Part shown: positions 27,101 through 37,780 of the stretch, one piece after another
Layout: each line of letters starts with the position of its first letter
Numbering within the stretch: the first letter of the stretch is position 1
DNA from: Squalus acanthias
Taxonomy: Eukaryota
Assembly (NCBI GenBank): GCA_030390025.1
Contig: JASTWF010000035.1
Coordinates: forward strand, 3,534,001-3,598,000
DNA: 64,000 nt
Direction: 5' to 3'
The notes under the pieces: model-generated
Told to the model about the DNA's origin: nothing
Seen by the model: only the letters and a program-made list of their open reading frames with translations
The model's database searches: none
Position numbers and translations under genes: made by a program

Positions 27101-27530
27101 CCTTCAACTTTGCCTGTTTAATATTTTTCTGCACTTTGACCCGCTTTACTGTTGGCCTTTGTTTCTGCTCCCTACTAGTTTTGCTGACTACTTTTCTAAC
27201 TTGCACTTCCAGCTTTGTTTCTCTCCGTTCTGAGCCCACACTTAGGTTCCCAGCCCCCTGACAAACTAGTTTAAATCCTTCCCAACAGCAGTAGCAAAAC
27301 CCCCCTGCGAGGATATTGGTCCCGGTTCTGCCGAGGTGTAATCCGTCCAGCTTGTACAGGTCCCACCTTCCCCAGAATCGGTCCCAATGCCTCAGGAATT
27401 TAAATCCCTCCCTCCTGCACCATCTCTCCAACCACACATTCATCTGGTCTATTCTCCTATTTCTGCTCTCGCTAGCACGTGACACTGGGAGTAATCCTGA
27501 GTTTACTACCTTTGAGATCCTACTTGCTAT
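24196..27530 (-). mobile_element. CR1 LINE, ORF1 C-terminus through ORF2 and tail (frameshifted)
   Basis: DGLH esterase end; APE and RT ORFs at 25848-27572, 25362-25562 and 24293-25399; TTCTTATG tail. Confidence 0.9.
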
Positions 27531-27574
27531 TCTCTTGCAATTCAACTTGGAGAGGGTCAGGAGGTAAGCCATTC

Positions 27575-28610
27575 GATGAAGAGTACCCAGTGTCTGTCAT
27601 GCTCTTGTAACCACGCTGGTCCAGTTGTGCTACTGGTCAATAGTGACCCCCAGGATGTTGATGATAGAGGTCGTGGTGGCGTTGAATACCAAGGGGATGT
27701 TTCTGTGCTTTCTCTTGTTCAAGATTGTCATTACCTGGCACTTGGGTGGCACGAAAGTTACCTGCTACTTGTCAACCTGAGTCTGGACATTATCCATGCC
27801 CTGCTGTCGGCTGGCATGGGCTGCATCATTATCGAATGAGTTGTGAATGGAGCTGAACACTGGAATAGTTAAAAAAAAAAACAACCCGACCCCTTACTGT
27901 ATAACAGAGGGAAGGTCATTGATGAAGCAGCTGAAGATGGTTGGATCAAGAATGCTGTCCTGATGAACTCCTGCAGCAATGTCCAAGGGTTGCCATGACT
28001 GGCATACAACAGCCATAAACGTCTTCCTTTATGTCTGTTATGACTCCAGCCATTGGAAGGTTTTCCTTTGTCCCCCATTGATTTCAGGTTTGCTAGGGCT
28101 CCATACATGGTTGAATGCTGACTTGATGTCTTGCCTCGGCCCTCTGATATTCTGTTCTTATTTCCATGCCTGGATCAAGGATTTGATGAGGTCAGGATCA
28201 GAGTGGTTCTGGTGGAAAATGAACTGAGTATCGGTGAGCAGGTTATTGGCGAATAGGTGTTGCTTGATGGCACTATTGATGACTCCTTCCATCACTTTAC
28301 TGATGATTGGGACAAGGCTTCTGGGGCAGTAATTGGCCCAGTTAGATTTATCCTCATTTTTTGTGGCTAGGACATACCTGGACAACCTACCACATTGTGG
28401 GGTAGATGCCAGTGTCATAGTTGTACTTGAAGAGCTTGGCTAGGGGAGTAGTTGGCCCTGGTACAGAGGTCTTCAGCACTACAGACAGGATGTTGTAGAG
28501 CCCATAGACTTTGCTATGTCCAGTGTATTCAGCCACTTCTGAATGTCACGTGAAGCGAACCGAATTGACTGGGTACTAGTATTAATGTTGGGGAGCTTGG
28601 TATGAGGCTG
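27575..28610 (-). mobile_element. Old second-family LINE fragment (probably continues at 37255-37565 and 43292-43420)
   Basis: ISKVMEGVINSAIKQHL matches the 8706-10258 family. Confidence 0.7.
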
Positions 28611-28613
28611 AAT

Positions 28614-28912
28614 AGGGTACAGTAGCATAGTGGTTATGTTACTGGACTAGTAATCCAGAGGCCTGGAGTAATGATCCCACCACGCAGCTGGGGAATTTAA
28701 ATTCAATTAAATAAATCTGGAATAAAAAGCTGGTATCAGTGATGGTGACCATGAAACTACGTAAAAACCCATCTGGTTCACTAATGCCCTTTAGCGAAGG
28801 AAATCTGCCGTCATTACCCGGTCTGGCCTACATGCGACTCCAGACCCACAGCAATGTGGTTGACTCTTAACTGCCCTCTGAAATGGCCTAGCAAGCCACT
28901 CAGTTGTATTCA
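28614..28912 (+). mobile_element. tRNA-derived SINE (its tail is possibly displaced to 37168-37254)
   Basis: A-box TAGCATAGTGG; body GGTTCACTAATG...GGAAATCTGCC...GACTCCAGACCCACAGCAATG shared with copies near 47000 and 60400. Confidence 0.8.
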
Positions 28913-31903
28913 AGAACAAAAGAAATAAGAGCAGGAGTAGGCCATATGGCCCCTTGCGCCTTCTCTGCCATTCAATAAGATCATGTCTGTTCATCGACCT
29001 CAACTCCACCTTCCCACCCGATCTCCATATCTCTTGATTCCCCTAGAGTCCAAAAATCTATCTATCTCAACCTTGAATATACTCAAAGACTCAGCATTCA
29101 CAGCCCTCTGGGGCAGAGAATTCCAAAGATTCACAACCCTCTGAGTGAAGAAATTCCTCCTCATCTCAGTCTTAAATGGCTTACCCCTTATCCTGAGACT
29201 ATGCCCCCTAGTTCTTGACACTCCAGCCATCAGAAACAACCTCTCAGCATCTACCCTGTCAATCCCCTTCAGAATCTTGTATGTTTCAATGAGATAAGAA
29301 CATAAGAAATAGGAGCAGGAGTAGGCCAATTGGCCCCTCGAGCCTGCTCCGCCATTCAATAAGATCATGGCTGATCTGATCCTAACCGCCAATCTACTAT
29401 CACAGAACCATCTGCTGAACCTAACAGAATTGGACACACGAAATAGGAGCAGGATCAGGCTACACGGCCCCTGGGCCCGCTACGCTACCCACAGGGCCAT
29501 GACCGATCCGAACCTAGACTCATGTCCAAATTCCTGCCCGCTCCCCGTAACCCTTAATTCCCTTTACTTCCAGAAAACTGTCTATTTCTGTTTTAAATTT
29601 ATGTAATGATGTAGCTTCTACAGCTTTTTGGGGCAGCATATTCCATGGACCTACCTCCCTCTGAGTGAAGTAGTTCCTCTTCATCTCAGTTTTGAAAGAG
29701 CAGCCCCTTATTCTAAGACTATGCCCCCTAGTTCTAGTTTCACCCATCATCGGGAACATCCTCCCCGCATCCACCCGATCCAACCCCTTCACAATCTTAT
29801 AGGTTTCAATAAGATCGCCTCTCATTCTTCTGAACTCCAATGAGTAGAGTCCCAATCTACCCAACCTCTCCTCATATGTCCATCCCCTCATCCCCGGGAT
29901 TAACCGAGTGAACCTTCTTTGTACTGACTCGAGAGCAAGTATGTCTTTTCTTAAGTATGGACACCAAAACTGTATGCAGTATTCCAGGTGCGGTCTCACC
30001 AATACCTTGTACAACTGAAGCAATACCTCCCTATTTTTATATTCTATCCCCTTAGCAATGAAAGCCAACATTCCATTGGCCTTCTTAATCACTTGCTGCA
30101 CCTGCATACTAACCTTTTGAGTTTCGTGCACCAGGACCCCCAGATCCCTTTGTACTTCAGTACTTTCCAGTTTCTTGCCATTAAGATAATAACTTGCTCT
30201 ACTATTTTTCCTGCCAAAGTGCATAACCTCACACTTTCCAGTATTGTATTCCATCTGCCAAATCTCTGCCCACTTACTTAGCCTGTCTATGTCCCCTTGC
30301 AGATTTTTTATGTCCTCCTCACTCACTACTTTCCCTCCCATCTTAGTATCATCTGCAAACTTTGATATGTTACACTCGGTCCCCTCCTCCAAATCGTTAA
30401 TATAGATTGTAAAGAGTTGGGGACCCAGCACTGACCCCTGTGGAACACCACTAGTTACTGATTGCCAGTCTGAGAATGAACCATTTATCCCAACTCTCTA
30501 CCTTCTGTTAGATAGCCAATCCTCTATCCATGCCAGAATATTACCCCCAATCCTGTGATTTTTTATCTTAAGCAATAATCTTTTGTGTGGCACCTTGTCA
30601 AATGCCTTTTGGAAGTCTAAATACACCACATCCACTGGTTCCCCTTTATCCACCCTGTGTGTTACTTCCTCAAAGAACTCCAGCAAATTTGTCAAACATG
30701 ACTTCCCCTTCATAAAACCATGCTGACTTTGTCCTATTAAATTATGATTATCCAAATGTCCCGTTACTGTCTCCTTAATAATGGACTCCAAAATTTTACC
30801 TACCACAGATGTTAGGCTAACTGGTCTATAGTTTCCAGCCTTCTGTCTACTGCCCTTTTTAAATAAGGGTGTTACATTAGCAGTTTTCCAGTCTGCCGGG
30901 ATCTTTGCTGAGTCCAGGGAGTTTTGGAAAATTATTACCAATGCATCCACAATCCCTACCGCCACTTCCCTCAAGACCCTAGGATGTAAGCCATCAGGTC
31001 CAGGTGATTTATCCGCCTTGAGTCCCATTATTTTACCGAGTACCACTTCCTTAGTGATTTTGATCGTGTTTAGCTCCTCTCCCCCTATAGCCCCCTGTTT
31101 GTCCAGTGTTGGGATATTCTTAGTGTCCTCGACTGTAAAGACTGATACAAAATATTCATTCAGTGTATTTGCCATCTCCATATTTCCCACCATTAATTTC
31201 CCGGTCTCATCCTCTAAGGGACCAACATTTACTTTAGCCACCCTTTTTCTTTTTATATAACTATAAAAACTCTTACTATCTGTTTTTATATTTTTTGCTA
31301 ATTTACTTTCATAATCTATCTTCTCTTTCTTAATCAATCTTTTTGTTATTTTTTGCTGTCTTTTAAAGTTTTCCCAATCCTCTATCCTCTCACTAGATTT
31401 GGCTACTTTATAAGCCCTTGTTTTTAGTCCAATACTATCCTTAATTTCTTTACTTAGCCACGGATGACTGTCTTTTCTTTTGCACCCTTTTCTTCTCAGT
31501 GGAATATATATTTTTTGGAAGTTGTAAAATAACTCTTTAAATGTACACCACTGATCATGTATCGTCTTACCCATTAATCTATTTTCCCAATCCACTCTAC
31601 TAAATTCCGCTCGCATACCTTCATAGTCTCCTTTTATTCAAGCTTAGCACGCTTGTTTGAGATCCAACCTTCTCACCCTCTAATTGAATATGGAATTCAA
31701 CCATGTAATGGTCACTCTTTCCAAGGGGATCCTTTACTAGGACATTTTTAATTAATCCTGTCTCGTTACACAGGACCAGATCTAAGGTTGCTTGCCCCCT
31801 GGTCGGTTCAGTTACATACTGCTCAAGAAATCCATCCCTAATACACTCAATGAACTCATCCTCAAGGCAGCCTGCCCAATTTGATTTGTCCAATTAATAT
31901 GAT

Positions 31904-32557
31904 GTGGAGATGCCGGCGTTGGACTGGGGTGGACAAAAATGAGAAGTCGCACAACACCAGGTTATAGTCCAACAGATTTATTTAATTTTACAAGCTTTCG
32001 GAGCAGTTCGCTCCTTCGTCAGGTAAGTTAGCAGTGAGAGAATCTCCCAGAATTCACAATTTAAACACAGACAAAATCTATTCACATCTTTCCCTACATC
32101 AAAGAGCACAGCCAAGACAATGAGATGTGTCCCAGGGGGTCCAACGTGTCAAACCACCTGCTGGCTGCATATCCTGTCAATTTGTGTAGGTTCTTGTGTT
32201 AGTCTTTTTAAAAAAAAAACACCTGGGAAGACCGGCCATGATGTCAAGTCACGTTCTGTATCATGACATGAACCCGATATCGCGATTGAGGCCATCCTCA
32301 TGAGTGCGGAACTTGGCTATCAGTTTCTGCTCTATGATTTTGCGCTGTCGTGTATCTCGAAGGCCGCCTTGGAGTACGCTTACCCGCAGATCCGAGGCTG
32401 AATGCCCCTGGCTGCTGAAGTGTTCCCCGACTGGGAGGCAACCCTCCTACCTGGCGATTGTTGCGCGGTGTCCGTTCATACGTTGTCTCAGTGTCTGCAT
32501 GGTCTCGCCGATGTACCATGCTCTGGAGCATCCTTTACTGCAACGTATTATGATATG
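31904..32557 (-). mobile_element. 5'-truncated Penelope-like element (GIY-YIG end plus terminus)
   Basis: 13-bp TSD CAATTAATATGAT (31891-31903 and 32558-32570); YIGETMQTLRQRMN-type sequence homologous to 44886-45180. Confidence 0.9.
31988..32026 (-). ncRNA. Minimal hammerhead ribozyme
   Basis: Minus strand UUAC-CUGACGA-A-GGAGC(GAACU)GCUCC-GAAA-GCUU-GUAA. Confidence 0.8.
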
Positions 32558-33176
32558 CAATTAATATGATAGTTAAAATCCCCCATAATTATAGATGTTC
32601 CCTTATTACAAGCCTCAACTATTTCCTGATTGATACTCCGTCCAACAGAGTTGCAACTATTCGGAGGCCTATAAACTACGCCCACTAGTGTTTTTTTCCC
32701 CTTATTATTCCTTATCTCCACCCAAACTGTTTCATTATCCTGATCTTTTGACCCAATATCATTTCTCTGTATTACAGTGATTTCTTCCATTATTAACATA
32801 GCCACCCCACCTCCCCTTCCTTCCTGCCTGTCCTTCCTGACCGTTAAATAACCTGGTATGTTTAATTCCCAGGCATTGTCACCCTGCAGCCATGTTTCTG
32901 TAATGGCCACAAGATCATACCCATATATAGTTATTTGTGCCATTAACTCGTCTATTTTGTTACGAATGCTACGTGCATTCAGATAGAGAACTTTCAAATA
33001 TGTTTTGTGACACTTAGTTCCTGCTTTTGCCCTTTTTATTACTTTACCTTTTACTCCATACCTTCTGCCCCTTCCTGACACACTCTGGTTTTTAATTTCC
33101 CCACTGCTACCTAAGTCTATGACCTTCTCTGTTGTCATTTTTATTAATTGCTCTCTAGGAACCTCCCCCCCACTAG

Positions 33177-34130
33177 TTAGTTTAAAGCCCTCTCTACAGT
33201 CCTAGTTATATGATCCGCCAGGACTCTAGTCCCAGCACTGGCCAAGTGAAGCCCGTCCCAACGGAACAGCTCCCTCCTGCCCCAGTACTGGTGCCAGTGT
33301 CCCAGGAAGCAAAACCCATTTCTCCCACACCAGTCTTTGAGCCACTCATTTAACTCTCTAATTTTGTTTGTCCTAGCCAAATTCGCTCGTGGCTCAGGTA
33401 ATAATCCAGAGATTATTACCCTTGAGGTTCTGTTTTTTAATTTGACCCCTAGCTGCTCATACTCCTTTAGCAGAACCGGCTTCCTTGTCCTATCTACGTC
33501 GTTTGTACCAACATGGACCACGACAACTGGATCCACCCCCTCCCACTGCAAGTTTCTTTCCAGCCCAGAGGAGATGTCCTTAACCCTGGCACCGGGCAGG
33601 CAACACAGCCTACGGGACTCTCGCTCTCGGCTGCAGAGAACTCTATCTGTCCCCCTAATAATACTATCCCCTACCACTACAACATTTCTATTTACTCCCC
33701 CCTCTTGAATGGCCCCCCGTTCCATGGTGCTGTGGCCAGGTTGCTCATCCTCCCTGCAGTCCCCGCTCCCGTCCCCACAGGGAGTAAGAACCTCGAACCT
33801 GTTGGACAAGAGCAAGGGCTGCGGCTCCTCCAACACTACCTCCTGGATCCCCGTACCTGCCTCACTCGTAGTCACACCGTCCTGTCCCTGACCATGGGCT
33901 ACATCTGAATTAATTAACTTCATAGGTGTGACCACCTCCTGAAACACAGAGTCCAGGTACTTCTCCCCCTCCCTGATGTGTCGCAGTGTCTGAAGCTCAG
34001 ACTCCAGCTCATCAACACGGAGCTGGAGTTCCTGTAGCAGCAGACACTTGTCACAGATGTAATCACCGTGAGCCTCAATGGGGTCCACCGGCTCCCACAT
34101 CTCGCAACAGTAACACATCACCTGCTCCAT
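33177..34130 (-). CDS. CR1 ORF1p: Cys Zn finger/leucine zipper plus SGNH esterase
   Basis: CxxC...CxxC, heptad leucines, GDS, GTND and DGLH motifs; open 317 aa. Confidence 0.9.
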   Translation of the reverse strand: MEQVMCYCCEMWEPVDPIEAHGDYICDKCLLLQELQLRVDELESELQTLRHIREGEKYLDSVFQEVVTPMKLINSDVAHGQGQDGVTTSEAGTGIQEVVLEEPQPLLLSNRFEVLTPCGDGSGDCREDEQPGHSTMERGAIQEGGVNRNVVVVGDSIIRGTDRVLCSRERESRRLCCLPGARVKDISSGLERNLQWEGVDPVVVVHVGTNDVDRTRKPVLLKEYEQLGVKLKNRTSRVIISGLLPEPRANLARTNKIRELNEWLKDWCGRNGFCFLGHWHQYWGRRELFRWDGLHLASAGTRVLADHITRTVERALN

Positions 34131-37100
34131 TCTATGTAATTAATTAAATTTTTTATTGTTAGTTATGGACACTCTCTGCCCGATTATAGCTGCTAGTGTC
34201 CTCTCTAATTAATTGGATTTAAATTAAATCAATCCCTCTAAATTACACCAGTTAAATGGTTTACCAACAGTCATTCTGCACCAGAAAGGCCTTATTAACT
34301 ACAACCCAGAGTTAAAGTTTGAAAAGAGCACCCAACACTCCACTCACCCGAACTCGCACTTACCCAAACTCAGCACTCTCTGCTGACTTGCACTCAGTGC
34401 TGGCTCGCACTAGCACTGGTCTTTTTATACTGTTTGTTTGTTTACAGCCAAATGAGTCACCCCTGCTGATAGATTAGAAAACTGGTTTCCACTGCCTGCT
34501 GTGCCAATTTACTCATTCTTCTAAACTCCAGAGAGTGTAGGCCCAATCTACACAATCTCTCATCATAGGACAGCCCTCTCATCCCAGGAATCAATCTAGT
34601 GAACCTTCATTGCACCGCTTCCAATGCAAGTATGTCCTTCCTTAGATAAGGAGACCAGAACTGTGCACAGTATTCCAGGTATGGTCTCACCAAGGCCCTG
34701 TACAATTGTAGCAAGACTTCCTTACTCTTGTATTCCAATCCCCTTGCAATAAAGGCCAACATGCCATTTGCCTTCCTTATTGCTTGCTGTACCTGCATGC
34801 TAGCTTTCTGTGTTTCTTGCATGAGGACACCCAAATCTCTCTGAACATCAACATTTGAAAGTTTCTCAACATTTAAAAAAAAAATTGTTTTTCTATTCTT
34901 CCTACCAAGGTGAATAACCTCACATTTCCCTACATTATATTCCATCTGCCACCTTACTGCCCACTCACTTAGTCTATCTATATCCCTTTGCAGACTCTTT
35001 GTGTTCTCCTCACAGCTTTGTCCCACCTAGCTTTGTATCATCAGCAAACTTGGATACATTACATTCAGTCCCTTCATCCAGGTCATTAATATAGATTGTA
35101 AATAGCTGAGACCCCAACACTGATCCTTGTGGCACCCCACTAGTTACAGCCTGCCAACCTGAAAAAGATCCGTTTATCCCTACTCTCTGTTTTCTGTCTG
35201 TTAACCAATCCTCTATCCATGCTACTATATTACCCCCAACCCCATGAGCCCTAATCTTATGTAATAACCTTTTATGTGGCACCTTATTGAATGCCTTTTG
35301 GAAATCCAAATATACTACATCCACTGCTTCCCCTTTATCTCCCCTGCTAGTTACATCCTCAAAAAACTCATTTGTCAAACACGATTTCCCTTTCATAAAA
35401 CCATGTTGACTCTGCCTAATCATGTTATGATTTTCTAAGTGACTTATTACCACTTCCTTAACAATGGATTCCAGCATTTTCCTGACAAATGATTTCCGGC
35501 TAACTTCCCTGTTTTTTCTCTCCCTACGTTTCTTGAATAGCAGTGTTACATTTGCAACCTTCCAATTTGCTGGGAACATTCTAGAATCTAGGGAATTTTG
35601 GAAGATCAAAATCAATGCATCCACTATGTCTTCAGCCACCTCTTTTAGAACCCTAGGATATAGGTCGTCAGGTCCAGGGGATTTGTCGGCTTTTAGTCCC
35701 ATTAGTTTCTCTTGTACTTTTTCTCTACTTATATTAATTACGTTAAGTTCCTCACCCTCATTAGCCCCTTGGTTCCCCACCATTTTTGGTATGCTTTATT
35801 TGTCTTCTACTGAGAAGACAGATACAAAATATTTGTTTAACATTTCTGCCATTTCCTTATTCCCCATAATAATTTCTCCTGTCTCAGCTTCTAAGGGACC
35901 AACGTTTACTTTTGCTACTCTTTTCCTTTTTACATACTTGTAGAAACTCTTACAATCTGCTTTTATATTTCTTGCTAGTTTTCTCTCTATTTTTTCCCTT
36001 TTTATCAATTTTTTGGTCAACCTTTGCTGGTTTCTGAAACTCCTCCCAATCTTCAGGCTTCCTATTCTTCTTTGCAACATTATTTGCTGCTTCTTTCAAT
36101 CTAATGCTATTCCTAACTTCTTTAGTTAGCCACGGTTGGATCATTTTTCCCGTGGAGTTTTTGTTTCTCAATGGAATGTATTTTTGTTGAGAATTATGAA
36201 ATATTTCTTTAAATGCTAGCCACTGCTTATCTACCGCCATACCTTTTAATCTATTTTTCCAATCTACCTTAGCCAACTCGCCCCTCATACCTATGTAATT
36301 GGCTTTATTTAAGTTTAAGTCTCTAGTTTCGGACTTAGGCAAGTCACTCTCAAAATTAATGTAATATTATGATCACTCTGCCCCAGAGGATCCTTTACTA
36401 TGAGATTACTAATTAACCCTGTCTCATTACACAATACAAGATCTAAAATAGCCTGTTCCCTGGTTGGTTTCATGACGTATTGTTCTAGGAAACTGTCCCG
36501 AACGCATTCCATGAACTCGTCCTCCAGACTACTTTTCCAATTTGATTTGTCCAGTCTCTATGAAGATTAAAGTCCCCCAAGATTATTGTATTCCCTTTGT
36601 TGCAAGCTCCTACTATTTCTTGATTATTATTCTGTCCAACGATATAGCTACTGTTAGGGGGCCTATATACTACTCCTACCAGTGTTTCTGCCCCTTGTTA
36701 TTCCTTATCTCCACCCATACTGATTCTACTTTCTGATCTTCCGAGCTGAGATCCTTTCTCTCTACTGTACTTATGTCATCCTTTATTATCAGGGCTACTC
36801 CCCCTCCTTTTCCATTCTGCCTGTCTTTTCGAAACGTCAAGTACCCTGGAACATTTAGTTCCCAACCTTGGCCACCTTGTAAACATGTCTCTGTAATGGC
36901 TATTAGAACAAACCCATTTATCTCTATTTGTGCCACTCGTTCATCTATCTTGTTACGAATATTTCGTGCATTCAGATAAAGAGCCTTTAATTTAAATGTT
37001 TTACCATTATTCCCTGCTTTGACCTTATTCTCTGCTGCACTGCTACCATTAAACTCTCTGTCCCTTCCTGTCACACTCTGCTTATTTTTACACAAATCGC

Positions 37101-37780
37101 TACACTGCTCTATTGCCTTGACCTTTTTCTTTAGATTTCTAAATATCCCCTCACCTGACCCCTTCCCACCACCTTCTCAAGGGCAATTAGTAATGGACAA
37201 TAAATGCTGGCCTTGCCGGCGATGTCCACATCCCGTGAATGAATTTAAAAAAAATCACCCACTCGCACTTTTGGCTGAAGAATCAAGAACATTTCATCCC
37301 TATTTCTTACATTCACATTCTGGGCTCTATAATAGTTGAGCATGGGGATATTCCTGAAGTTTCCTCCTCCTTACATTACTTACTTGTCTACCACAACTAT
37401 TGACTGGATGTGGTAGGTCTACAGAGTTTTACTCTAATCTGTTGGGGTAAGGGACTGCTCGACTCTGTCTATAGCCTGTTGCATTGGGTGTTGAGTGTGC
37501 AGGTAGTCCTGTATGGTAGCTTCACTAGTTTGTTACCTTATTGTAAGGTATTCCTGGTGCTGCTTTGAGGAAGTAACATATAGAGTGGATAAAGGGGAAC
37601 CAGTGGACGTAGTGTATTTAGACTTCCAAAAGGCATTTGACAAGGTGCCACACAAAAGATTATTGCTTAAGGTAAAAAATCACGGGATACATAGATACAT
37701 AGAAGATAGGAGCAGGAGTAGGCCATCCGGCCCTTCGAGCCTGCTCCGCCATTTAATGAGATCATGGCTGATCCTTCAAT

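Larger units (their letters stand above)
29294..34510 (-). mobile_element. Full-length CR1 LINE, inactivated (ORF2 nonsense at 30498, frameshift near 31620, Penelope insert)
   Basis: 5' UTR, ORF1 at 33177-34130, ORF2 pieces spanning 33138-29520, 3' UTR and tail. Confidence 0.92.
28913..37165 (-). mobile_element. CR1 LINE hosting the full-length CR1 at 29294-34510
   Basis: Tail and 3' end at 28913-29293; resumes as CTCATTCTTCTAAACTCC at 34512; endonuclease ORF at 36676-37095. Confidence 0.85.

Noticed and set aside
25848..27572. 574-aa ORF that fuses ORF1 esterase residues to ORF2 in one frame
   Set aside because: A copy-specific indel near 27300 (LAGG then FCYCC) shifts ORF1 into the ORF2 frame; the TTTAAAC-TAG junction is still present and the copy is otherwise decayed
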